Of a DNA stretch of 64,000 nt, positions 12,121 through 23,600 are shown piece after piece. Source of the DNA: Lama guanicoe (Eukaryota). A program made the translations under genes and the position numbers. Below the pieces are notes generated by a model. That model saw only the letters and a list, made by a program, of their open reading frames with translations, searched no databases and was not told the DNA's origin. Position 1 is the first letter of the stretch. Every line of letters starts with the position of its first letter. The stretch covers positions 3,607,757-3,671,756 of the forward strand of contig MU054187.1 of the NCBI GenBank assembly GCA_013239625.1. Direction: 5' to 3'.

Positions 12121-13176
12121 TCAGCCCAGTTCAGCCCTTAAGGAGCGAAGGTCCCCCAGGAGAAGTTTGGCACTTGGCCGCCGCACGGCGCTGGCCCCCC
12201 AGGAGCAGCGGAGCATGCGCTCCAGCTTCTTCCCAGGCGCAGAGTCGGTGAAGACCGCGGCTGAGAGGGACGGACGAAGGTCGTAGGCCACCACCGCATA
12301 GAGCACGTGCTGCCGCTCCCCCGAGTAAGGCACCTCCCCGGTGGCCATCTGCCAGAGAGTGATGGCGAAGGCATAGATGTCCGCTTTGGGCGTTATGGGC
12401 TCTCCTTTCAGGAGCTCTGGGGCCCGGTGGGTGTACGTGCCGCCCAGGTGCTGGGGAGTCGGGAGGCACCGCAGGTCTTCCAGCCTCTCCGAGCAGCCGA
12501 AGTCCCCAATTTTGCAGACGTCTTGCTCACTGATAAGAATGTTCGCCGGCTTCAGGTCCAGGTGCACGATGCTTTGGGAGTGGAGGAAAAGCAGGCCATT
12601 GACAACGTCTAGGGAGTACTTCAGACACTTGGCCAAAGTCAGCTGCTCTGCGGCACCGCGGTGAGGCTCGTCCTCCTCGGCGCAGCCGCTGGCGCTGTCG
12701 CCGGCGCCGTATATGACCTGGTGCAAAGTGACGTCGCCCCCGAACTCCATGATGATGGTGCCCAGACTGTCGAAGCCCGCGGGCGCGCGCGTGCTGGCCG
12801 CTACCACGCGCACGATGTTGGTGTGGCGGAGCCGCGCGATGTTGAGCTCAGCCCAGAAGCTGCGCTGGGAGGCCAGCCGGTTCTTGGTGCACTTGCTCAC
12901 CTGCTTTATGGCCACGGGCACGCCGTGGTAGGTGGCCTTGTACACGGAGCCAAAGCCTCCGGCTCCCAGCCTCTGCTGCAGGCACACCTGTTCCCAGTCG
13001 ATGGAGCACCAGGCCAGACGGCGCGGAAGGCGTGGGGCCCGGGGCGGGGTGCCCCCCGGGAAGAGCTTCCCTGCCGGCCCCGGGAGCTCGCACGGGCTGC
13101 TGCAGGGCCGGGAGTCCAGCGACGACGGGGAGAAGTCGGCCTGCAGGTAAGGGCGCCGCGGGAGAGGCGAGGGCAT
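12121..13176 (-). CDS. MOS: Proto-oncogene serine/threonine-protein kinase Mos (MAP3K, oocyte maturation/cytostatic factor pathway), single exon, 351 aa
   Basis: MPSP N-terminus, [20 protein letters not shown] loop, [25 protein letters not shown]; intact and intronless; adjacent to PLAG1 as in other mammals. Confidence 0.99.
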   Translation of the reverse strand: MPSPLPRRPYLQADFSPSSLDSRPCSSPCELPGPAGKLFPGGTPPRAPRLPRRLAWCSIDWEQVCLQQRLGAGGFGSVYKATYHGVPVAIKQVSKCTKNRLASQRSFWAELNIARLRHTNIVRVVAASTRAPAGFDSLGTIIMEFGGDVTLHQVIYGAGDSASGCAEEDEPHRGAAEQLTLAKCLKYSLDVVNGLLFLHSQSIVHLDLKPANILISEQDVCKIGDFGCSERLEDLRCLPTPQHLGGTYTHRAPELLKGEPITPKADIYAFAITLWQMATGEVPYSGERQHVLYAVVAYDLRPSLSAAVFTDSAPGKKLERMLRCSWGASAVRRPSAKLLLGDLRSLRAELG

Positions 13177-13530
13177 CGCCCCTGCCGAGTGGGCCCCGCT
13201 GCGGCCCAGGTGAGCGGGAAGGGAAGAGGAGACCCCGCGAGTCTGCAGGCATGACGGGCTGACCTCCGCTCTGCTCCACCCCCGCGCTTTTCTCCTCTGC
13301 CTTCATCTTCCCCAAACGAGCCACATCTGCCTGGTTACTCTGCAAGGGTATTTATCAAATGGAGAAGCAATCTGCACGAAGCACAACAATCCCATGTAGA
13401 TGAAAGCATCGCCTTTCAACGTTAAGTAAATTCTTACAAAAAACAAGCCTGGGAGAAGGGTTCAGCAGATAAACAGCCCTGAGCTGCCCCAGGGCTCACC
13501 CCTCGTTTACACTATTCCTGTAATTATAAT
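13177..13530 (-). promoter_or_regulatory. MOS: MOS 5' leader and proximal promoter
   Basis: Immediately upstream of the ATG: TATA-like GATAAATA (13349-13356), E-box CAGATG (13324-13329), TAATTA homeobox motif (13521-13526), upstream ATGs at 13326, 13306 and 13252. Confidence 0.55.
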
Positions 13531-15229
13531 AAAACAGGCATTTTCCCGCAAGTCTCATCCTTTGAGCGTGATCAGTCCACAGACTAAAGAGATCGCAACC
13601 GTGCGATGAAATTATTTCACACTCTGCAGGCTAAAATGATTGTCAGTTTATTCTCCAGCTGCATTAAATCACTTCCAGCAGTTATTGGCAGAAAGAGTTG
13701 AAATATGAACAGCTGACATTTGTTTAACCGATTACAGGGAAAATTAGGTGCAACGTTCATCTATGGATACAAAAATGGTAACCTTACAGTAATCGATCCA
13801 AACAGAATCACTGATTCAAGTCAAAACACAAGTCTCCAAAGTTCATCAGGGGAAAGGAAAGTTCTCTGACACTGCATTCAGCTTATAGAGCAAATCAGCA
13901 AGACTTCTTAGGAACATATCAAAGTCCTAACAATCTTTCTGGTCCACACAGTCAGCTTACTTACAGAAGAGATTCTAGTACTTTGCAGCAAATGAGTTAC
14001 AGAAGTTTTGAAGCAGAGTTAGGGGAGGAAAAAGAACAAAAATGATTCAGAGCCACAACCAGAGCTTCAAATAATAACAAATATGAGAGAATCCTAGGGA
14101 AGGAAAATATCTGAAGAAATAAAAATGGCCCAGAATCACTAGTGCCTCCATATAATGTGAAAAACCAGATGTCAAAATTAAATCCAGGGTCTTGCTGTCT
14201 GACCGTAAGCTCTTCCGTTCTAATTTTTATAATCAAAAAAACTAACTTTTATTCCCTACCTTTGGAAATAAGACTGACAGTATTACCCTGTTCATCAAAA
14301 AACGCAGGAAAATGTTAGGATCTACATTTTGAAAAATCAAATAGTGAAGTTCTATCCTGACTTACTGCACTCAGAGCATGTAGGTAATGTGTAACCACAA
14401 TTTTCTGATGATAAGTCAATGCTTGTGAAGTTCTAATAAACACAATCCATTTACATTAGTCATTGGATGTCTTTCGAGCCCTAGGATAAGATTTCTATTC
14501 TCCATCACCCGTCTGCCTTAGTATGTGGTGTGGTGTATAATACTTAACCTGTTTGAACTGCAATCTTTTCATTTAAGAAATTAAGATAATAATCATTAAA
14601 GCAAACTTTAAAAAATTTTGGAACAAAATTTGGGAAGCCCTGTCCAGAAAAATAACAACAAAAATCTAAAAAATGTAAACTATTAGTTTACTATAATAGT
14701 AAACTATATATATACATATATATCAAATATATAGTGGATATACATTAGTTCACTATAATACCTAGTAACCTATATATTATTAGAAATGCAGTTGTACCAA
14801 ACCTGAAATATAAAAGGAAGACAGTGAATAGAGTAAAATAAGAAAGTATCAAAATTATATTCTGTGATAAGTCTATTATTGCAAAATCTTTTCAATAGAT
14901 AGCACATAGCTGGGATTGTCACTGAGGGCTCTGAAAGTGTTATACGGTATTAGGAATGCTGTGAATATTAGTGCCCAGACTAATACGAGCAGTAGAATGC
15001 CTTAACCTTCTCAGTATCACACATAATGCAAAATGGTGTGACTTATTATAATAGAATCTTTATTTTTAAGATAATAGCATAAACAATTCATTTTTCAAAG
15101 TTTGACTTTATTATTTACATAAAATATTAGGTATTAATGAAAATGTGGTACTCTGTCTATTCACAAACCCCAAGTTCATTAGATCCATCGTCTGCCAATG
15201 TGCCCAAGAGTATTTTATTAAATATCCAT

Positions 15230-15395
15230 TTTAAAAGTCTCTGGGGCCAAATGGCCTGGGTTTCTTACTGTGCCCCAGTTTCTTCATCTGCAAAATGAGG
15301 AAAATATGCCTCCCTCAGAATTGTTGTCAAGATTAAGAGTTCTAAATACTTAGATTCAGGCCTGGTAAGTAATACCTAAAGGTGAATTATTATTT
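15230..15395 (+). mobile_element. MIR SINE fragment
   Basis: CAGTTTCTTCATCTGCAAAATGAGGAAAAT...CAGAATTGTTGTCAAGATTAA MIR core. Confidence 0.75.
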
Positions 15396-15914
15396 GTGAA
15401 ACTCATAAAAATGTATATGGGTTTACACCAATAAGATTTGTTAGACAGTATTGGTTTAAAATGTACCCTACCAGCGCTGAAGTAACATTATTTTATCATG
15501 TTAAACCAGTTTGAAGTTTGAGTACTTTTTCCTGCACGTGAATTTTATTTGAGGTTAAAGGCATAAGGGCATGCTGCAGAGGATATAAAAATGCAGAGGA
15601 TTCACACTGATCGGATCCAGTGCAACAACTCTGCCATCCCCAAATAAATGAGGCAAAGAATAAAACGCATTGATTCCAGGGGAGGCATTATCTCCCCTAG
15701 AACTGCAGGTGAAACACAGTAAAGTCGAGAGACTGTGCACCTACTGGCGGGTGTAAGGCTCTCAGGTTCTCAAGAGTAAATAAAGGCCGGACACTTTCTG
15801 CTCTTTGATTGGCAGCGTGGCTGGGAAGAGATCCTTTGGTATCAGGCAACGACGGCATACTTATCACAAGATGTGACAACAGGTACCAGAATGAATAGCG
15901 CACTGAATTCAATC

Positions 15915-16400
15915 TCAAGCCGGGAGGCTGAGGACACTGGCGGCGGGAGGGGTGTCTCCGGGCCGGGCCGGGCGCGCGGGTCCCGGGCCGCCTCCCAAGT
16001 CGCTGGGTCGGGCGGCTTCCGCTCAGGCCGAGGACCAGGGACGCCGCCCGCCGCCCGCCGCCCGCGCCCCGAGGCCGGCCGGGCCCGAAGTCTGCACCAT
16101 CCCGCGGGGACCGGGGCCGCCACTCCCGGCTCAGCTGTGCGCCAAGCCGCTGCTTCCTGGCGCTCCTGCGTCCACAGGGCTTCATTTCCCTTTCACTTCC
16201 ATGCTGCAGCAGCACGTAACCTTCTGGAAGACACGTTTAAGAGGCCATTAAACTCGGTGTCGTACCAACAACGCCCTAAACCCGGCCGATGACGACCACG
16301 TGGGAGCGGCTACCGCCCGGTCTGCGCGTGCGCACCGAGGCCCCCCCCACCCCGCATTCCCCGCCAGCATAACCCCGGGGGACCGTTTCCCGGGGATCTC
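15915..16400. promoter_or_regulatory. CpG island without a recognisable gene, ~3 kb upstream of MOS
   Basis: Very GC/CpG-rich block in AT-rich flanks; GC boxes, CACGTG (16297-16302), TGACG (16290-16294), NRF1-like TGCGCGTGCGCA (16323-16334). Confidence 0.75.
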
Positions 16401-16744
16401 AGGTTACAAGCTCATTTCAGGATGTGAAAATGTGGAGGAATTGGCGTATTGGAGTCAGAAGTGTTGTGTTACGACTTACAGGCGTGGATGAAGGTCGAAA
16501 ATACACTTTTGCCTTTTTGAGAACTGAAAAAGTAAAACACGAGTACACGTGCTTTACTAAAATATGAGGATTTTAGAGTCAAATTCGAAAAACATTTTTA
16601 TTTATTTACTTTGTTACTTAAATGGGATTACATTATTGACGTTATTCTGAAATTTGAATTTTAGACCTAGCAATACATCATGGACTTGTTTCCCTGTCAG
16701 TTCAGGATATATAGAGCTACTTTAGTTTTTATGTGTAATATGGT

Positions 16745-16990
16745 CGGGGGCAGATACAATGTTTGTGGGGCCTAAAGCTTAATACAAATTGAGGGACCCT
16801 CTTTAAGCAAAGGATTTTAAAATTACATATGGAGGCGAATATATTTTCAATGAGAAGTCACAAAAAATTACAAATTTTAAAAAGTTGACAACAGACATCA
16901 CAAAATTCAGAGGAAAACTATTTTATTAATGAATAATATCTATGTATTAACCTATATATTACTTTTCCTACATTTTGAGGGTTTTCTTTT
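16745..16990 (+). mobile_element. hAT-Tip100 (Zaphod/MER115-like) fragment
   Basis: GGGGCAGATAC...TTTGTGGGGCCTAAAGCTTAATACAAATTGAGGGACCCTCTTTAAG resembles the Zaphod-type terminus. Confidence 0.55.
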
Positions 16991-17181
16991 TATTATTACC
17001 TATTCAGATGACAAACATCCCATCATATTTGATCTTGGCTGGAACTTCAGTTAATAGCAGCATGAGCAACTATTTTTTACTATTAGGGATTTGTTTTATG
17101 GGAATGAAACCAGTCCGGAATTTGTCTTTTATTGCTCAAACTGACACATTCCTGGGAGTTAAAACACTAGATTTTTTTAAA

Positions 17182-17315
17182 CTTTTTTTGTAAATTGAAG
17201 TATAGTCAATTGACAATGTGTCAATTTCTGGTGTACAGCATAATGTGTCAGTCATACATATACATACATTTATTCCTTTCATATTCTTTTTCATTATAGG
17301 TTACTATAAGATATG
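17182..17315 (-). mobile_element. Short L1 3' end, antisense
   Basis: Poly(T) then AATTGAAGTATAGTCAATTGACAATGTG...TTCTGGTGTACAGCATAATG, the artiodactyl-type L1 3' terminus. Confidence 0.75.
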
Positions 17316-18467
17316 TCCTATTGACATAGTCCCATTAATCTGAATTGATTCTTGTCTGGGTTCTTGTTGCGTACAGCTGCCCCAGGCTCATAACCTACCC
17401 TGCGCCAGATATAGAATCAGCCGTTTGTCTAGGGTATCCTGGAAAGACAGCGTTAGAAATGATAATAGTGAAGTTTACACGTTAGCTCCGTTCTCTTAAG
17501 CCCTCATTCCTAGCTCATTTTAGCTGACAGAATCCCAAAACATACACTTTTTTTTTCCCTTTTAAAAGCACGGGTTCATATAGATATTTCTAATTCAGTT
17601 CTAATATTATAGTTCTTAATGAAGACTTTTTGATTTTACACTTTCCCTTCTCTTTCACTTAAAATCCTGATTCCAAGCAAAATTAATATAATTTCTCATG
17701 TTAACCAACAAAACTGTTAAAGGTTAAGATGATTTTTTTTGGCAGTTATTTTTATCCTGATACTGAATGCCACTGAGGATGTACAGTCAAATTACTGTCT
17801 TATAGAGTCATTCGTAATAACTCATTCTGTGAGGTTTTGTGATCACACGTATCGTGTATGATTAGTTTAATTTGTTTTCAATTTGGGGAGGTTATCAGCA
17901 TAACTAGTTGGTAGTTTTCTTAAAAGGTGGGCAGCTTTTGGCCAAGAGGTTTTTTCTTGTGTGATGTTCAAACCCTGAAGGATAGTAGAAAACAGTTGTT
18001 AGAGGCAGCCTTATAAGTTGGGGGGTAAAGGAGAAATAAAGCAAATGAATTTCCCAAGTTCTGTATGAAAGTTTCATTTAGCCACCAGCTGGTCTGTATG
18101 TAGTGACCAAATGCAATATTTTGTGCATAATATTTATTTGCATGAGTTCTGGTTGGGCAATTCAATTGTCTTCTATTCAATTTCTGATAATATTAAAACC
18201 TACATAGTTTCGTGTATTCCATTAATATTTAATTTATTAAAGTTCTTAAAATTTATTATTCTCTTTTTACAGTCTCCCTTTATAATATATAACATTCTTC
18301 CACCAATTTAATATTATCATATTATACCAAAGTTTAGAACGTCTAAATCCAAATGATTCTCTAAGTTGGTTTTATCTCAGTCCAGTGGCAAAATCTTTAA
18401 TTTTCCCCCAGGAAGACGTTAAGGAGGCACATAGTATCCAGAATTCTATATTTTAAAGAAATGATGC

Positions 18468-18897
18468 TGTGTTGGTCCAGGTCTTCTGAGGACCAGATAG
18501 CAAGACAGGATTAGACTTGCAAGAGGTTTCCTAGAGAAGCATCTCTGAGGGAAGATGAGGAGTGGTCTGGGGGCAGCTAGAGAGCTGTCTGATCGTGATG
18601 CAGGTCTGACCCTGGTGAGGGGCCGTGGGAGAAGGCAAGTTGGGGTGGGAGAATCTTTGCTTGTAGAGTGGTTCTAAGGAGGTTCGATATGGCTGACGAG
18701 GATTCCCCAAGTCAATGATGTCATTAGAGGAATCCGTGTCTCTGAGGAATGGGCTGGCTTAGTGTCCCTGCACACACAGTCACTGGCTGGGAGCAGCCCT
18801 GGGAGGCCATGGCTTTCTGAGTGTTGCTCTGGGGCCATTGGCCAATAATGCTTTCTGCATCCAGTGATCCTAGAGGCATGTTTTCATGGCTATACAA
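18468..18897. mobile_element. MLT1 (ERVL-MaLR) solo LTR
   Basis: TGT...ACA termini; GATGCAGGTCTGACCCTGGTGAGGGG and CAGTCACTGGCTGGGAGCAGCCCTGGGAGG motifs of the MLT1H/I group. Confidence 0.7.
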
Positions 18898-20954
18898 GTA
18901 TTACCAGTATTACATGGTTTAATGATTTTGTCCAAGAGCCTCAACCTGGGCTTGAAATTCTGATATCACTTTATACATAATAGTTATTATTATCCTAATG
19001 TTTTATTACAGTGTAGAATTCCAATTTTTAAGAAGATTTTGGATGTTATATTTATTTTGAGCATAAGACTTTGCTTTAAAAATTAGATGTATTTTCTTAA
19101 ACCCCATTCTTATCATTTTAGCTTTAGACAAATACATGTATATTTATACACATTAAACCAAAGGAGTAAACACAAAGTTGTATATATAATAGAAGGAACA
19201 GAAGCCTTAGAAGCATCCACGCAGAACTTTCTTGACAATTACAACACCCCAAGTGCTTCTTGGAAGTAAGACCATTTTTGAATTGGTGAGAACAGAATTG
19301 CTTACAGTCTGAGGTGTATGTGTCTGGATGCATGAATAGTTAGATGGTAGACTTTGTATGTATACATGCAACTCTTTCTCACGATTAAAAATTGCCTTTT
19401 TCAATTAGATCAAGACTTTAAAAATACATCTATGACTGCTTTGTCTATTTATATCTCTGTAAAACGTGTACTCTATCTACTAAATGCCTCTTATCAGATG
19501 AAGACTTTTTAAATTTGAAAATACAGTTTCTCTCTCACCTGACCTTCTGCAGTCTGGACTTATCTCAGGAGAGATTTGCTGCATTTTCATCTGTTCTGAA
19601 GTCCTTCAGTGTTCTGTCTTTAACAGACAAGAAGTGTTCTAAGTACTTCTAGGGCCTGCTTCCTTAGCAGCGGGAGGGTTTCAGTGCTACGGCTGTAAAG
19701 CTCAGTCTGATGTGAGATTAAGACGCGCTCTGTCGTGAAGCCCTGGCGTTGCTCGTCTGCAGCTTCGGAAACGGAACAGTGGGTTACTTGCTGGAACTCC
19801 ACACAAGGTGATTTTTAGGTGATTCTGGGGGAGGAGGAACACACTTAGGAGAAGGTTTTTAGATCTTATTGAGATGGGGAGTCTGGGGTACAGTCTCAGT
19901 GGGCCGTATTTGGGCAGGAAATGGAAAAAACTTTCTGGAAGGCTTCCCCTCAACATTGCACTCCACGTGTTTATTGAGGTTTTGGGTCACTTTCTTGGTG
20001 ACTTGTGTCAGAGTCTCATCTCCTCTCTGTGTGCGAACCAGGAATCAGTCCGGTTGTCATGGTGTCTCCCTGGTTTTCCCTTAGATGTTTCAGGATATCA
20101 TAGTTGCGGGATCCATAAAGCGGAAATTAAAGTTTGGAGTCCTCTGTAGTAGGCGATTGCAGATTTTACAGCCCACGCTCTGTAATGGTCCGGTAGCGAC
20201 TGAGGGAAGCTGGAAAGTCCTTTCTGACGTTTAGACCTGGTGGGACCCCTGTTTTGTCAATCTAGAGTGCAGAGGAAAACAGGATATTAAATCCTTTTAT
20301 TGGCTGTTACAGGAGAGATATAAGAGGAGTGTGTGTGTTTGTGAAACAGAGGCTAGATGGAAAGGTTCAGTTTATGATTCCCACCTGAGACTAGGGGCTG
20401 CTGAACTCAACAGAGCTGAATGCTGGGTCCAACATGCGACCCAGGACAGCAAAGGGCCAGTGGACAGGGAGAGACAAGAGGCTTACAAATGCCAAATCGG
20501 TAGCCTCTTGGCTGAGCTCAGGTTCCCTGTTGCAACAAATACTGCTGACCATACCCAGTTCTTGCGGAAATAAAGACCATGGCATGGCCTCAGACTTTAA
20601 GATTCTGTCATTTACTACTAATCCATAAACAGAAAAAACTAGAGACGCGTACACATTTCAGTGGCTTAACTCCCTGGTCTGGTTTGAATCTTTAAGTTTT
20701 GCTTGCTCTCTTAATCACCTTTTTGTGAAAGAACTATGAGGAACTTAACTTAGTGATTTCAGCAACCCATTCACATGGGCAACTCAGAACATCTCTGAGA
20801 ATTATTTATGTGTGTGTGCAAAGGTCTCCTACCAAACAGTGTGCTGTGTGTCTTATGGGAGCTGTGGGTGCTTCTGGGAGGGGTGCGTAGAATCTTTTAT
20901 CTAAGGAGTCCCCAGAGTCTCAACTCAGGATATCAGAGAACACTTCCCAAATAT

Positions 20955-21155
20955 CTTTGGCCCTTGAATAACATGGTTTTGAATATGTCAGTCCACTTAT
21001 ACATGAATTTTTTCCCAGTAAATACATACTACAATACTACAGGATTGATAGTTGGTTGAATTCCAGGATGTGGAACTGCTGATATGCTGTAAAGTCAGAC
21101 GTGGGTTTTTGACCGCATGGGGTTGGTGCCCCTGACCCCACGTGTTCCAGGTCAC
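20955..21155. mobile_element. MER8/Tigger-type TcMar MITE
   Basis: CCCTTGAATAACATGGTTTTGAA...GTCCACTTATACATGAATTTTTT and GGGGTTGGTGCCCCTGACCCC terminal motifs. Confidence 0.7.
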
Positions 21156-22102
21156 TTACTCACAGAAACGTTTGATTTTAGGCTTTTGTATGTATCAGAT
21201 CACTGCTGTATAAAATTTTAAGCTATGTCCGTGGACCTACCAACTGGAGGCTGATTTGGGGTTTATATATATAACATTTCAAAGACCACTAATTCACAAA
21301 TTACCAAGAAAGAACAACGTGTTCTCTTCCACAATTGAGTGCAATCCCATATGACCCAGCTCTCGCCTGCAGACAATGTCCAATTTTATGACCAGATGTT
21401 ATTAATAACTTGCCTTCATACTGGTCCCCACATTCAGCCCAACCAAAGGAAGGGGGTGGCTGCACCATAATTTGTCCCAGATGACCCTGAAAAAGATAGC
21501 AGATATTCTGTAACTTGTGTCATTTTTCCACCAAAAGGAACAAGGGCTGCGTTCGCAAATTAGCAAGAGTGTTGATCCAGGTGAAGCAGAATCATGGCTC
21601 CAATTTTGAGCAACAGCTAGAGTCAGAAGAGGCGGGATCGGGGCAGCATCCTAGAAGACAGGAAGTTATTATAAACCTTCACCTTGAATGGCTTCAGGTT
21701 TTAGGCTGTATTGTCCCTTGTTCAATTCTATGTTTCCAGTGCTTTTAACTTACACTTTTCTGCTGTTTGGCTTGTTTCCTGTGGAATTAACTGTTTTCCA
21801 TGTTTGTACCTCCTCCATCAATATATTGTCAATATAATAGGTAATTAAACTGTCTGAAACGAGTTTAGGCCCTAAGTTTAAACTCCATTGTATCCCTTAG
21901 GACACAAACTGGGGAGTGTATACATCAAATTATTATCACTTTCAGTGGTGTTACAGGGAGAGAGAAGGCTGCATTAGCTGAATTCGTAAAAGCTTACAAA
22001 AATTATGGGATTTAGGATAATCTTTTGATACAGAAACAAACTTAGGCACAGCATTGTCACAGCATTGTCTCCTTCAGTTTACTATCACCCACAGTTAACC
22101 AC

Positions 22103-22530
22103 TGTCTTAGTTAGGGTTCTTAGGTTCCCCAAAGCAATGGAGACCAACTTAAGCAAACTTAAGCAAAAAGAAGTTTATTGGAAAGATTTGGCAGGATCAC
22201 AGAACCAGTGGGAGCCCGAGGAACCGTGCCCGGTAGTGGGCACGGCATTTCTACAGAACCAGGAAGCGTGAACCACTGTCACAGTCCGGGCAGAAAAGTG
22301 TGGCCGGGATGCCAGCCCTGGACGGATGGTCCGCAGCTATGTCTTTAGTCTCAGGGAGGAGCAGCCCACAGGTCCGTGTTGTTCCTCTCCTTCCCTCCTG
22401 GGGTGCAGTATGGGGAAGAGACAGAATGTGGTTCTTTGGTTTCGCTTGTGGGAAGCAGGCACCTGGGTGTATTGATTCAACCAGACCATGAAACCTTGTG
22501 GGAGAAGTAATTTCTCAGTTTCAGGAATTT
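22103..22530. mobile_element. Old MLT1 LTR relic
   Basis: TGTCTTAGTTAGGGTTCTT...AACTTAAGCAAAAAGAAGTTTATTGGAAAGA is typical of an old MLT1 end. Confidence 0.55.
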
Positions 22531-22799
22531 TCTAGAGCAAGGAAGAAATAATACCTTTATGAGAGTGCTGACCTGAGAGAGAAGTGAATGCAGAATAAAG
22601 CCGAGCAAAGGTTTGGGAAAAGAGAGCTGGAGACCTATTAACAATGTTTGAACCCTTAGTACTAGTGCTGCGCGAAGCAGGAACTTCTCACAGACACATC
22701 AGTTATCTGATCCAGTAAATACATCACCCTGGGGGAAATGGTGGATGTGGGGGAGTCCCAGTAGTGATTGAGATAGAATTTCCTAAAGGTTGGTGAGAT

Positions 22800-23600
22800 A
22801 TGAGCCCAAATACTGCCAAAATACACAGGATTTTCAAGTATGGATGGATCATTCACCAAACAAGCTATTAAGAAAAAGTCTCAGTACATTTAAAAGGAGT
22901 AATAGCATATCAAGTATATTCTCACATCACCATGAAGTTAAATGAAAAATCAGTTTTAAAAAAATTATCTGGAAAGTCCCTAAACTGAAGAAGACTGAAA
23001 TAAATGGAGAGATTTGCAGTGTTCATTGATTGGAAGACTAAATTCTAAGATGTCAGTCGCTGTTAATTTTTTATATTGATTCAGTGCAATACTAATCAGA
23101 TTCCCAGCAGTTATTCTTAGAAAGGGGTCATCAGATTTTCAAAAGTATCTATGGAAATGCCAAAGATCCAGAAAAGCGACATAACCTTGGAAGAGAAGAC
23201 AATTAACACTGTCTAATTTCAAGACTTACTATAAAGTAGCAAACCTACAGATAGATCTACCTGATGTTTGACGAAGTAGTCAAGGTAACTCAGAGGTGAA
23301 AAAAGATAGTTTTTTTTAATGGTGTTGGAACAACTGAAGATCCATATTGGGACATTTTACCTTTGATCCTTATTTTAAACCATTCGCAAAAATTAAGTGA
23401 AAATGACACAGAGACCTCAGTATAAAAACACTGAAACTATAAAATTTTTGAAAGAACATGTAGGATAAAATCTTCACAGTCAGGCTAGACCAACATAGGC
23501 CCTTGAAATCATGAATCATCAGTTCGAAAGATACCATTAAGAAAATCAAAAGGGGAAGCCAGAGGGTGGGGCCGCGGGAGACGTTTGCAGGAAATGCGTT
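22800..23600 (+). mobile_element. L1 ORF2 fragments
   Basis: AAATAAATGGAGAGAT...GTTCATTGATTGGAAGACT, TTTCAAGACTTACTATAAAG, AAAGATACCATTAAGAAAATCAAAAGG. Confidence 0.8.

Noticed and set aside
12074..13262. Several plus-strand ORFs antisense to MOS
   Set aside because: Shadow frames of a GC-rich CDS with no recognisable domain.
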